Shown in pieces: positions 1-9,511 of a DNA stretch of 64,000 nt (within the stretch, counting starts at the first letter, position 1; each line of letters starts with the position of its first letter). The DNA is taken from contig CAVZRV010000010.1 in the NCBI GenBank assembly GCA_963777605.1, forward strand, positions 352,001-416,000, written 5' to 3'. The notes beneath the pieces were generated by a model. It made no database searches, was not told the origin of the DNA, and worked only from the letters and a program-made list of their open reading frames with translations. The DNA is from an uncultured Acidobacteriota bacterium (GTDB lineage Bacteria > Acidobacteriota > UBA6911 > RPQK01 > JAPXNP01). A program made the translations under genes and the position numbers.

Positions 1-635
1 TCCATCAGTGCGAGTCGGTGACAGTACTCTGCCTCATCCATGTAGTGCGTCGTCACGAAAATGGTCTTTCCTTCGCCCGACATCCGATCGATCAGGTCCC
101 AGAAGGATCGACGTGCGATGGGATCGACTCCCGACGTGGGCTCGTCGAGAAACAGGATCGGAGGCTCATGGAGAATCGCACACCCAAGAGCCAGCCGCTG
201 CTTCCACCCGCCAGGCAGTAATCCGGTCATCATGTCTTTTCTGTCTTCCAGCCCCAGCAAGTGAAGGACCTGATCTTTTCGAGTCCCCCGACGCTCGACC
301 GGAATACTGTAGATCCCCGCAAAGAAGTCCATGTTTTCGGTCACCGTCAACTCATCGTAGAGAGAGAACTTCTGGGACATGTAGCCGATCGTCTGTTTGA
401 TCCGCTCGGGCTCATTCCGGACATCGAATCCACCCACAGAAGCACTTCCCCCGGAAGGGCTCAAGAGACCGCAGAGCATTCGGATCGTCGTCGACTTGCC
501 AGCACCGTTCGATCCCAAGAAACCGAAAATCTCTCCCCGGTAAACTTCAAAACTTACCTTGTTTACAGCTACAAAGCTCCCAAATCTTCGAGTAAGTTCT
601 GAGGTTCGAACCGTAACCTCACCTGGCGGGATCAT
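1..635 (-). CDS. ABC transporter ATP-binding protein (partial, runs off window start)
   Basis: Manual translation from ATG at 635, overlapping the upstream stop: MIPPGEVTVRTSELTRRFGSFVAVNKVSFEVYRGEIFGFLGSNGAGKSTTIRMLCG (Walker A); not in ORF track. Confidence 0.9.
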   Translation of the reverse strand, partial: MIPPGEVTVRTSELTRRFGSFVAVNKVSFEVYRGEIFGFLGSNGAGKSTTIRMLCGLLSPSGGSASVGGFDVRNEPERIKQTIGYMSQKFSLYDELTVTENMDFFAGIYSIPVERRGTRKDQVLHLLGLEDRKDMMTGLLPGGWKQRLALGCAILHEPPILFLDEPTSGVDPIARRSFWDLIDRMSGEGKTIFVTTHYMDEAEYCHRLALM

Positions 636-1588
636 GCTGCTTCCTTCGCGCCCGGCTCCACGAGCGCCACAAATACATCCTCCACGCTCGGAGTTACTTC
701 TTCGAGGCTGAGGACTTCGACATCGGCATCGCCAAGGACGCTCCTTAGCCTGTCCGGCGAAACACCGGAACGCAGGAACAGGCGGAGGTTTCGGCCCGCC
801 GGCCGCAGAGAGGAGATCAGTTTGCCGTCCGCAAGAATCGCGCGCGCCTTCCTTTGGTCAGAGCAGGCCAGCCGATAGCACTTCTGGTCGATGTGTCTCC
901 CGAGTGCGTTGGGGGCCTCGCACAGAATCAACCGTCCCCTGTGCATCAGGCCGACCCGGTTGCAGCGTTCCGCTTCGTCCAGGTATGCAGTCGAGACAAC
1001 GACAGTGATTCCGGACTGGACGAGTTCGTAGAGAATCAGCCAGAACTCGCGCCGTGAAATCGGGTCAACTCCGTTGGTCGGCTCGTCGAGAAAGAGGATC
1101 TCTGGTTCGTGAAGCAGGGCGCACATCAGTCCCAACTTCTGCTTCATTCCCCCCGAGAGTTTCCCCGCCGCCCTCTTCCGAAAGTCTTCCATTCGGGTCA
1201 TTCGCAGAAGACGACTGATCAGGGCGTCCCGACGCGACGGCTCCAGGGAGAAAAGATCGGCGTAGAAACGGAGGTTCTCGTCCACGGTCAGGTCAATGTA
1301 GAGGCCGAAGCGCTGCGCCATGTACCCGATCCGGTCTCTCAACTGGGAGGCCTGGCGGTTTGGGTCCAGGCCAAGCACCTCGGCGGCTCCCCCGGTCGGG
1401 TCCATCAACCCGCAGAGGAGGCGCATCGTCGTCGTCTTGCCGGCCCCGTCAGGACCGACCAGGCCGAAGATCTCGCCACGACGTATCTCGAGATCCAGTT
1501 GATCCACGGCAGTCAGCGAATCAAATCGACGGGTGAGTCCGCGCGCCCTGACCGCGACCTCCCCGGCTCCTGCGACGGCGTCGGTCAT
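632..1588 (-). CDS. ABC transporter ATP-binding protein (YbhF-like)
   Basis: Walker A GPDGAGKTT, LSGGMKQK signature, Walker B LFLDEPT. Confidence 0.93.
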   Translation of the reverse strand: MTDAVAGAGEVAVRARGLTRRFDSLTAVDQLDLEIRRGEIFGLVGPDGAGKTTTMRLLCGLMDPTGGAAEVLGLDPNRQASQLRDRIGYMAQRFGLYIDLTVDENLRFYADLFSLEPSRRDALISRLLRMTRMEDFRKRAAGKLSGGMKQKLGLMCALLHEPEILFLDEPTNGVDPISRREFWLILYELVQSGITVVVSTAYLDEAERCNRVGLMHRGRLILCEAPNALGRHIDQKCYRLACSDQRKARAILADGKLISSLRPAGRNLRLFLRSGVSPDRLRSVLGDADVEVLSLEEVTPSVEDVFVALVEPGAKEAA

Positions 1589-2781
1589 TTTCCGGAACTC
1601 CCGACTCCCAGCTGAATGACCGCATCGACCGGCATGTTCAGCTTTAGTTCCTGGTTGGGATTGTCGATATCCACCTTGATCCGGTAAACCAGTTTGACCC
1701 GCTCCTGCCGGGTTTCAATCTGTTTTGGGGTAAATTCGGCTTCTGAGGAAATGAAGGAAACCTTGCCGTGATAGGTCTTGCCGAGATAGGAATCGGTGCT
1801 CACCGAGACTTCCTGGCCCAGCTTCACACGTCCAAGATCAGTTTCGGGGACATATCCCCTGACCCAGGGATGGGCGAGGTCACCAACCGACACAATCGCC
1901 GTTCCGGCGGCTACAACCTCTCCGATCTCCGCCGACTTGACCAGCACGACTCCATCAAATGGGGCGTAGGCGCGGGTGTCGTCGATCTGTTGCTGAACCT
2001 GTCCAAGCCGGGCTTCCAAAGCGTTTTTCTGTGCATCCAGCGTCTTTCTGGATTGGCGGTTTCGATCGATCTCCAGTTCTGTCGCCTCGGCCTGCCTGAG
2101 GGCGGCACGGGCCCGTTCCAGCCCGGCCCTGGCGGCCTCGATTTCCTGGGAGCGGGGCCCCTCTTCCACCAGGCTCAACCGCTCCCGGGCCTGCTTGAGA
2201 GCGCCTTCGGAGCGGAGATACCCGGACTGGTACTGGTCGAAGGAGGCCTTTGAAATATCCTCATTCCGGTACAGCTCCTGGGCCCTTGTCCAGTCCGCCT
2301 GCGCCCGATCGAACTCGGCTTCGGCGATTGCGACGGCGGAACGGGCCTGATCCTTGTCCTGCACGCGTGACCCTTCTTCGAGCTGATCGAGTTGTGCTTC
2401 CGCCTGTCGAATCTCAGCTTTCCGCTGTTCCAGTTGGGCAGCCAGCGCGGTTTCCTGGTAGGAAATCAGCTTCTCGAGTTCCCGCTGCTGCGATACCATT
2501 CCATCGACTTGGGCCTGGATCTCAGCCTTCACATGGAGAAGCTGGGCGTCGTCCGATCGGGCCAGCAACTCACCCTTTGAAACCGGGGCACCTTCATCGA
2601 CTGACAACTCCACGATCTTGCCGGGAGCCTTGAGACCAATATCGGCTTCGGTCAGCTCGATGTTTCCGGAGAACTGGAGCTGATCGGCCGTCCCATTCGA
2701 TTCCGCCCACGGGCGCAGATAGATCAATCCACCCAAGAGAACGACCACGGCAACTGGAATAATGATGCGAGTCTTAGCCAT
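1585..2781 (-). CDS. HlyD/YbhG-family membrane fusion protein
   Basis: N-terminal TM anchor, long coiled coil, SSEAEFTPKQIET motif; start moved to MAKTRII. Confidence 0.9.
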   Translation of the reverse strand: MAKTRIIIPVAVVVLLGGLIYLRPWAESNGTADQLQFSGNIELTEADIGLKAPGKIVELSVDEGAPVSKGELLARSDDAQLLHVKAEIQAQVDGMVSQQRELEKLISYQETALAAQLEQRKAEIRQAEAQLDQLEEGSRVQDKDQARSAVAIAEAEFDRAQADWTRAQELYRNEDISKASFDQYQSGYLRSEGALKQARERLSLVEEGPRSQEIEAARAGLERARAALRQAEATELEIDRNRQSRKTLDAQKNALEARLGQVQQQIDDTRAYAPFDGVVLVKSAEIGEVVAAGTAIVSVGDLAHPWVRGYVPETDLGRVKLGQEVSVSTDSYLGKTYHGKVSFISSEAEFTPKQIETRQERVKLVYRIKVDIDNPNQELKLNMPVDAVIQLGVGSSGK

Positions 2782-2791
2782 AACGAACTCC

Positions 2792-4192
2792 CTAGGGCCG
2801 GCTGCTGTTCCGCAGGACACCGGTAGCGTCTGCAAGTTGAATTCGCGCTACGTTAAAGCGATAGAGGGCGCCGATGCGGGCCTCTTCAGCAGCCTTGATG
2901 TTGGCCTGCGCTTCAGTGACTTCGAGACTGGTGGTCACGCCGGCACGATACCTCCTCTGGGCCTGCTCGAGCTCCAGGTTGGATTGCCCTATTCCCGCAT
3001 CCACCACGCTCATCTCGCCCCGTGCAATCTGAATCGCCTCGAGCGCCGTTTCGACTTCCAGCCTGATCTCACGACGCAGATCTTCGGTCCTGAGCCGCTC
3101 CTCTTCCAGGCGGGCCCGGCTTTCCGCACGCCGCGCCTCCATGCCACCCCCGTCAAAGATCGGCAGATCCACGCGTACTCCCACCGCCCAGGTGGGGATT
3201 GCGTAGGCGGGTCCGGTGCCAAGAGTCCCGTAGTCGGCAAATCCCGCAACCGAAGGGATCCGCTCGGCTCGAGTTGCCGAGTAATCCTTCTCGAGGGCAT
3301 CCAGTTTCTTTAGCTGTGCGGCGAGGTCTGCCCTCGACGCAAGCGCCCGGGACCAGGACTCCGCCACATCGGGAACGTCGCCGTCCGGCCGCTCCAATAC
3401 ATCGCTCAAGGCGAGGGGTGTTTCCAGGGGCAAACCAATCCCACGGTTGAGCTGAAGAAGGCTCGTTCGGAGCGTCCGCCGGGCAACCAGCACTGCCTGC
3501 TCTTCCTGGGAAAGCTTAAACTGGGCCCTGGTTACTTCAATCGCCAGCCCGGTTCCCGCGGCCTTCTGATTTCTGGCCAACTCCAGCAGGTCGGCGGCCA
3601 GGTCGCGGTTGGCCTGTGCCGTTCCAATTCGGGCCTGATCCGCCAGAACCCTCAGGTAGAGCTGGGCAACCGTCGCAGCAATTTCGTCCCGTGTCCGCTC
3701 CCCCGCGATTTCGGCACTTTCCACGGCAACGCGGGAGCCGCGAAAGCGCTGGATCGAACTCCAGCTGAAGATCGTCTGGGCCACCTCCGCCCGCGCGTCA
3801 AACGTCGAGAACGGCCCGAGCAGTCTCGGAGGTTGAAAGGGGCCGATCGACGTCAGTCCAACCGACGCGAGGCTGTTGGTTCGGCGGGTCTGGCTCACCG
3901 CCCCGCTCAACTGCGGCAACAGGGCGGCCCGGGCCTGATCGGATCGGGCCAGGGTCTGGTCGACTCCACGGTCGGAAATCTGGACCTGCAAGTTTCCGGC
4001 TTCCGACAGGGCAAGGTCAATCGCGCCTGCAAGACTCAGCTGCCGGGGAGCATCCTGGGCGAAAACCGGGAGCCCCAACCCGATCATTACCAGCGGCAGC
4101 AATCCGCCAAGGACCCACCGGCATCTCCATGTGGGCAGTACTGTTGAATTACGCGTCAGTCGCAGGGGGACGCGAATGGGAGTTTCATCCAT
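2792..4192 (-). CDS. TolC-family outer membrane efflux protein
   Basis: Signal peptide, LSLAGAIDLAL, ARAALLPQL, LPIFDGG, RYRAGVTTSLEV repeats. Confidence 0.9.
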   Translation of the reverse strand: MDETPIRVPLRLTRNSTVLPTWRCRWVLGGLLPLVMIGLGLPVFAQDAPRQLSLAGAIDLALSEAGNLQVQISDRGVDQTLARSDQARAALLPQLSGAVSQTRRTNSLASVGLTSIGPFQPPRLLGPFSTFDARAEVAQTIFSWSSIQRFRGSRVAVESAEIAGERTRDEIAATVAQLYLRVLADQARIGTAQANRDLAADLLELARNQKAAGTGLAIEVTRAQFKLSQEEQAVLVARRTLRTSLLQLNRGIGLPLETPLALSDVLERPDGDVPDVAESWSRALASRADLAAQLKKLDALEKDYSATRAERIPSVAGFADYGTLGTGPAYAIPTWAVGVRVDLPIFDGGGMEARRAESRARLEEERLRTEDLRREIRLEVETALEAIQIARGEMSVVDAGIGQSNLELEQAQRRYRAGVTTSLEVTEAQANIKAAEEARIGALYRFNVARIQLADATGVLRNSSRP

Positions 4193-4805
4193 TTGTGCCT
4201 CCTTCCTTCAAAGGAGCTTGAAGTGACCAACGCCCTTCGTCGGTCACTATTCCAATCGATAGGATCTCGAGGATCTCCACAACAACCTGCGCCAAGGTCC
4301 AGGGCAGTTCAGCAAGGGCATCGGGATTGACCACCCGGTGAAGAAGCGCCTCAAGGATGAGCAGGAGCAGTTCGAGGTTCAGGTCCGACCGAAATGTGCC
4401 TTCTTTCTGACCCTCCAAAATGAGCTTCCGGAACGATCCCTTGACCGCCCGATTCCGCCGCTCATCGAGTTCAACCCACAAGTCCGGCGCATACCGCCTC
4501 ATGTCTTCGAGAAAGACTTTCGAGAAACGAGGAAGGCGCCGGGCGAGAAAGACGACCAACTCCGACAGCTTATCGGCGGGAGATGGGCCCGATCGTTCCA
4601 CGATTCCGGCGACGCCCATCGTCACTTCGGTCAGTTTGTCCAGCATGGCTTCCCGAAGCAGCACTTCCTTGCTCTCGAAGTGCTGATAGAGGGTCCGCTT
4701 GCTGATCCCGATGTCGGAGGCGATTTCGTCCATCGTCACCTTGGCGAACCCGAACGACAGAAAACGCGATCTCGCCGCGATCAGGATTCTCTGATTTGTT
4801 TCCAT
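4185..4805 (-). CDS. TetR/AcrR-family regulator heading the efflux operon
   Basis: HTH GFAKVTMDEIASDIGISKRTLYQHFESKE. Confidence 0.92.
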   Translation of the reverse strand: METNQRILIAARSRFLSFGFAKVTMDEIASDIGISKRTLYQHFESKEVLLREAMLDKLTEVTMGVAGIVERSGPSPADKLSELVVFLARRLPRFSKVFLEDMRRYAPDLWVELDERRNRAVKGSFRKLILEGQKEGTFRSDLNLELLLLILEALLHRVVNPDALAELPWTLAQVVVEILEILSIGIVTDEGRWSLQAPLKEGGTNG

Positions 4806-4921
4806 CCGCACAACCTTCGAACCTAAAAAACTCAAACCGTTTCCTTAGTTTCCTGATTTCGAATTGCGTTGTCAAACACACTTTGGCCGGAAGGGGAAAT
4901 CTGTGGTGAAATACCTGCGCT

Positions 4922-5572
4922 TTGGACAGAACCTGGGTTGCACTCTCTACGGCTGCTGTGCTCGGGCTATCTGCCGGACTCTCTCCCGGCCCGATGTTCA
5001 GCCTGGTTCTCGCTCAAACGCTGCGGTACGGCACTCTCGAGGGGATCAAGGTGGCCCTCACTCCCCTTTTGACCGACTTGCCCATCATCACGATTGCGAT
5101 CCTGGTGGTTGGGCAGGTGGATCAGTACGCCGAGGTCTTCGGGGCACTCTCTCTGGCGGGCGGCATCTATCTCGGGTTTCTCGCCGTAAAAACCGCGCGA
5201 CCTGTTTCCCCCGGCGAATCGACTTCCCCGGAACGGCCCCGTTCGGTGCTTCTCGGGTTTTTGGCAAACGCGCTCAACCCTCAACCGTATCTCTTCTGGG
5301 TCACGGTCGGCGCCCCTCTCATCATCCAGATCGACGGCGAATCGAGACCGGCGGCGGCCCTCTTCCTCGTCGCTTTTTACACCTGCCTGGTGGGAGCGAA
5401 AATGACCCTGGCGGTCATCGCGGGTCGTTCCCGGCGAGTTCTCGGCAGTCGAGGATATCGCTGGTTGATGAGCGGACTGGCCGCATTGCTGGGAGTTCTG
5501 GCGCTGTTGCTGCTCGTGGAAAGCCGCCCCTTATGGTCCTGGCTTGCGCGATTCCTTCGCCCGAGCGGCTGA
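4922..5572 (+). CDS. LysE-family translocator
   Basis: GLSPGP N-terminal motif, NALNPQPYLFW, hydrophobic profile. Confidence 0.88.
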   Translation: MDRTWVALSTAAVLGLSAGLSPGPMFSLVLAQTLRYGTLEGIKVALTPLLTDLPIITIAILVVGQVDQYAEVFGALSLAGGIYLGFLAVKTARPVSPGESTSPERPRSVLLGFLANALNPQPYLFWVTVGAPLIIQIDGESRPAAALFLVAFYTCLVGAKMTLAVIAGRSRRVLGSRGYRWLMSGLAALLGVLALLLLVESRPLWSWLARFLRPSG

Positions 5573-5593
5573 GTCGCCAGCCATTCGGGTGGC

Positions 5594-5893
5594 CTATTCT
5601 GCCTCGGCCCGGCGCTTTCGGTGAATCAGGTAAAGGTTTCTGAAGTAAATCACTCCATTAAAGAGATAGCTGAGGATGAAAACCGGGTCTCGCCGCTCGA
5701 GCGCGTAGGACAGTAACAGCAGGCTACCCACGATACTCAGGTACCAGAACGACACCGGAATCACACTCTCCTTGCGCCGTTCCGAGACAATCCACTGAAC
5801 AACGAATCGGGATGTGAAGACCACCAGTCCCAAGAAACCGATGACTTCCCAGATTCCAACCCCATGTGCAAGGATCTCGTTCAACTTCTCCAT
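5594..5893 (-). CDS. Lipid-A-disaccharide synthase N-terminal (LAB_N) domain membrane protein
   Basis: FTSRFVVQWIVSERRKESVIPVSFWYLS and YFRNL motifs. Confidence 0.88.
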   Translation of the reverse strand: MEKLNEILAHGVGIWEVIGFLGLVVFTSRFVVQWIVSERRKESVIPVSFWYLSIVGSLLLLSYALERRDPVFILSYLFNGVIYFRNLYLIHRKRRAEAE

Positions 5894-7518
5894 CAGTTTT
5901 CCTCACCCGGCTGGGCCGGCATGACCCTGAACACCCGAATGATCTCGAGCGGAGGACGGCCGTCGAATCGATACGGTATCCGGCGGCGGATGACAGCATA
6001 GAAACCGGCTCGCGACTCCATGTCCATCGTTCGGATCGGAATCGAACCCGGGTAGACAAAACTCTCCACCAGCTTCAGTCGTTTACCCATCCCGGCTGGC
6101 CCGGAGAAGGCGTCACCAATGTGGACCTTCTCGGGCCAGACCAGCAAGTCTCCCGGGCTCGGATAGGGTCCGTCCCGGTTCATCATCTTCAACCCGGCCT
6201 GATCGGCATAGAACTTCCAGCCCCACTGTCCAACGTACCAGAGGTTCGCTTCGGCCTGGAACCGGGGAGCGATGTTCCGGGCAAAATCGCGGTAGGTGCC
6301 GGCATATTCGTAGTCCGCACCCTGCACAAGAAGAGCAGTGCCCAACTGGACAGCCAGCAGCAACCCGGCCAGTACCCCAATCCGATGCACGTGAGCCCGG
6401 TGCCGTTCAAACCAGCGAAAGAGCAACAGCAACAGCGGAGGAATCGCCACCAGCAGATGCCGCACCGCGTCGAATGGGACAAAGAAGGTCGCAAACGCAA
6501 CGTGGGACCCCAACCAGGCAAGAAGAAACAACGATTCGACGGACCAGTTGTCAGTGGCGGCACTGTGAACGGCGGCCGCCAGGAGAAAGACTCCCAGGAC
6601 CAGCCAAACCGAGAAGCCGGTGTCCCAATCAGAATCGTAGAAGCGACAGCTCCACCAGACGATCAACAGGGCGACCAATACCGTCGCTGCCAGCGTCTTC
6701 CAACACCGGCTCACGCCGAGCACCCAGGCCACCAGGGGAGACAGGTAGACCGCCGAACCCAGGATCGCCAGGGCGCTCAGGAACTTGTCCGGCCACTTTA
6801 TCCCCGAATCGCTAACCCTGTTGAGGAGAAGGTAAACCGGGTGAATCTGCCCGTAGACCACCCAGGTAAACAGGCACCAGGCACCCAGGATCGCTGCCGA
6901 CACCGATAACCAGAAAACCCACAGTGGGCGCCGCCTCAGGAGAGTGTAGAGGGCCGCCACCGGCAGGATGACTCCGACCGAGTATTTCGCCAGGACGGCG
7001 AGCCCCAACAACACGCTGCCGGCAAGCGCCTTTCCCCGATCCGAATCGTCCACGCCTTCCAGGAACCATGCGAGCCCGAGTAGAGCCAGACCCGCCGCAG
7101 GGATGTCCCGCATCAGGTTCCCGGAAACCAGAAAGGGAGCCGAGCCCACCAGAAAGAGGGTCGGCATCCACGCCTCGTCAGTGAAACGACGCGCGACGAG
7201 GAACATGCCCCAGGCAAAAAAGAGATAAAACGGAACCATCGCCAGATGCAGCCAAAGCTCACCCTTGCCCCACACCGCCACTACCGGAGCAAGCCAATAG
7301 CTGACCAGGGGGGGGTTGGTCGTCGTGCTCCAGACCGGGGCGAGATGGCCGAACCAGTTGAATTCCCCGCCGAAAGGATCGGCAGGATGAGCCAGTATTC
7401 GGTCGGTAATGTGGAGTACGAAGGTGTCGTCGATGTGAACCGGCTTGTCGAGGAAAGGCAGCGTCAGGCTCAATACGATGAGGCTGAGAAGTAGCATTGG
7501 GCGTCGGCGCATGCGCAA
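5893..7518 (-). CDS. GT-C fold membrane glycosyltransferase (ArnT/PMT, GT39/83-like)
   Basis: Polytopic; HIDD acidic motif in first loop, NPPL, GLAVLAKY. Confidence 0.75.
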   Translation of the reverse strand: MRMRRRPMLLLSLIVLSLTLPFLDKPVHIDDTFVLHITDRILAHPADPFGGEFNWFGHLAPVWSTTTNPPLVSYWLAPVVAVWGKGELWLHLAMVPFYLFFAWGMFLVARRFTDEAWMPTLFLVGSAPFLVSGNLMRDIPAAGLALLGLAWFLEGVDDSDRGKALAGSVLLGLAVLAKYSVGVILPVAALYTLLRRRPLWVFWLSVSAAILGAWCLFTWVVYGQIHPVYLLLNRVSDSGIKWPDKFLSALAILGSAVYLSPLVAWVLGVSRCWKTLAATVLVALLIVWWSCRFYDSDWDTGFSVWLVLGVFLLAAAVHSAATDNWSVESLFLLAWLGSHVAFATFFVPFDAVRHLLVAIPPLLLLLFRWFERHRAHVHRIGVLAGLLLAVQLGTALLVQGADYEYAGTYRDFARNIAPRFQAEANLWYVGQWGWKFYADQAGLKMMNRDGPYPSPGDLLVWPEKVHIGDAFSGPAGMGKRLKLVESFVYPGSIPIRTMDMESRAGFYAVIRRRIPYRFDGRPPLEIIRVFRVMPAQPGEEN

Positions 7519-7652
7519 GCTACTTTAGCCGAAAAGGCACCCGACCTCCAAAAGCCTGCTCGCCTCAATCCGGATTTTCAGACAGTTCGGATAAGATGAT
7601 AGGGGTGTTGCTTTCCTGAATCAGCGTTGAAGGCCAGCCCTCGAGATCAAAC

Positions 7653-9506
7653 ATGAGTCAAGCATTGCCGAGATACACAGAAGAAGACATTCGCAGCCTG
7701 GACTGGCGGGAACACATCCGGACCCGTCCGGGAATGTACATCGGAAAACTGGGTGACGGGACCCATACCGACGACGGAATCTACCTGCTCCTGAAAGAAG
7801 TTGTCGACAATAGCATCGACGAGTTCCTGATGGGCGCCGGGCGGAAAATCGAGATCAGCATTGACGGCCCAAAGGTCCGAATTCGGGACTACGGGCGAGG
7901 AATCCCCCTCGGTAAAGTTGTTGAGTGCGTCTCCCGCATCAACACCGGGGCCAAGTACGACGAGGGAGCCTTTTACCGGTCGGTCGGGCTCAACGGCGTT
8001 GGAACAAAGGCGGTTAACGCCCTTTCCGAAATGTTTCGTGTCGATTCTTATCGGGACGGCCAGGTGAAACGGGCGGAGTTCTCCGGAGGACGCCTCGTCA
8101 AAGACCACAAGGTGGACTCCAGCGGGGAACGCTCCGGGACCCTCATCGAGTTCATCCCTGATCGGGAGATCTTTCCGGAGTTCACGTTCGATCCCCATCT
8201 TGTAGAGGAGCGACTCTGGCGCTATGCCTATCTGAACCGGGGCCTGAAGCTGCACTTCAACGACAAGGTAATCTTCAGCGAGAACGGACTTCTCGACCTC
8301 CTTCAAAACGAGGTCGGCGAAGGCGGCCGGTACGAGACCGTCCACATCGTGAGCCCGGATATCGAGTACGCCCTGACCCACACCGATGCCTATGGAGAAA
8401 GCTATCTTTCATTCGTGAACGGCCAATACACGGTCGATGGCGGGACCCACCAGTCGGCATTTCGGGAAGGTGTCCTGCGTGCCCTCAAGGAATTCTTCAA
8501 TTCCGACCTCGAAGCCTCGGACGCCCGGGGTGGCTTTGTCGGTGCGTTCCTGGTTCGGATTCACGAACCGGTTTTCGAATCGCAGACCAAGACCAAGCTG
8601 GGCAGCACCATGGTAACGAAGGACGGCCCCTCGCTTCGTTCCTGGGTGGTCGACTTCGTCCGCGATTCCCTGGTCAAGTTCCTTCACAAGAACCCCGAAA
8701 CGGCCAAGGCCATCCAGAACAAAATCAAGCAGAATGAGCGGGAGCGGAAAGACTTGGCTGGAATCAAGAAACTGGCCCGGGAGCGCCAGCGCAAGGCCAA
8801 CGTTCACAACCGCAAGCTGCGCGATTCCAAGGTTCACTTCAACAACGGAAATCCGGCCCGGGCTTCCGAGACGCAACTGTTCATCGTGGAAGGTGACAGT
8901 GCATCCGGCAGCCTGACCAAGGCTCGGGACGTCCAGACTCAGGCGGTATTTGCACTCAAGGGCAAGCCGCTGAACTGCTACGGACTCTCCAAGAAGGTGG
9001 TCTACGAGAACGAGGAACTCAACCTCCTCCAACACGCCCTCGGGATCGAGGAAGACCTGGAAGGACTTCGGTATAACCAGATCGTCCTGGCAACCGACGC
9101 CGACGTGGACGGGATGCACATCCGCCTGCTTCTGCTGACCTTCTTCCTCCAATTCTTTCCCGACCTGGTCCGCAAAGGACACCTCCACATCCTGGAAACT
9201 CCGCTGTTCCGGGTCCGTAACAAGAAGCGAACGATATACTGCTACAACCAGAAGGAGAAGGCTGAGGCCCTCCGCGAACTCGGAGCCAAGGCAGAAGTGA
9301 CCCGCTTCAAGGGCCTCGGGGAGATCTCTCCGAACGAATTCGGAAACTTCATCGGCGAACACATCAGGCTTGAGTCTGTCGAACTCCCCAAGGGAATGAA
9401 GATCCAGGAGATCCTCAGCTACTACATGGGGAAGAACACCCCCCAGAGGCGGGAGTTCATTACGGAAAACCTGATGTGGGAACCGGTTGACGCGGTGGAA
9501 AGCTGA
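7653..9506 (+). CDS. parE: DNA topoisomerase IV subunit B
   Basis: EHIRTRPGMYIG, EVVDNSIDE, GLNGVG, VEGDSA, TDADVDGMHI, RFKGLGE; 617 aa short type. Confidence 0.9.
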   Translation: MSQALPRYTEEDIRSLDWREHIRTRPGMYIGKLGDGTHTDDGIYLLLKEVVDNSIDEFLMGAGRKIEISIDGPKVRIRDYGRGIPLGKVVECVSRINTGAKYDEGAFYRSVGLNGVGTKAVNALSEMFRVDSYRDGQVKRAEFSGGRLVKDHKVDSSGERSGTLIEFIPDREIFPEFTFDPHLVEERLWRYAYLNRGLKLHFNDKVIFSENGLLDLLQNEVGEGGRYETVHIVSPDIEYALTHTDAYGESYLSFVNGQYTVDGGTHQSAFREGVLRALKEFFNSDLEASDARGGFVGAFLVRIHEPVFESQTKTKLGSTMVTKDGPSLRSWVVDFVRDSLVKFLHKNPETAKAIQNKIKQNERERKDLAGIKKLARERQRKANVHNRKLRDSKVHFNNGNPARASETQLFIVEGDSASGSLTKARDVQTQAVFALKGKPLNCYGLSKKVVYENEELNLLQHALGIEEDLEGLRYNQIVLATDADVDGMHIRLLLLTFFLQFFPDLVRKGHLHILETPLFRVRNKKRTIYCYNQKEKAEALRELGAKAEVTRFKGLGEISPNEFGNFIGEHIRLESVELPKGMKIQEILSYYMGKNTPQRREFITENLMWEPVDAVES

Positions 9507-9511
9507 GTTGA

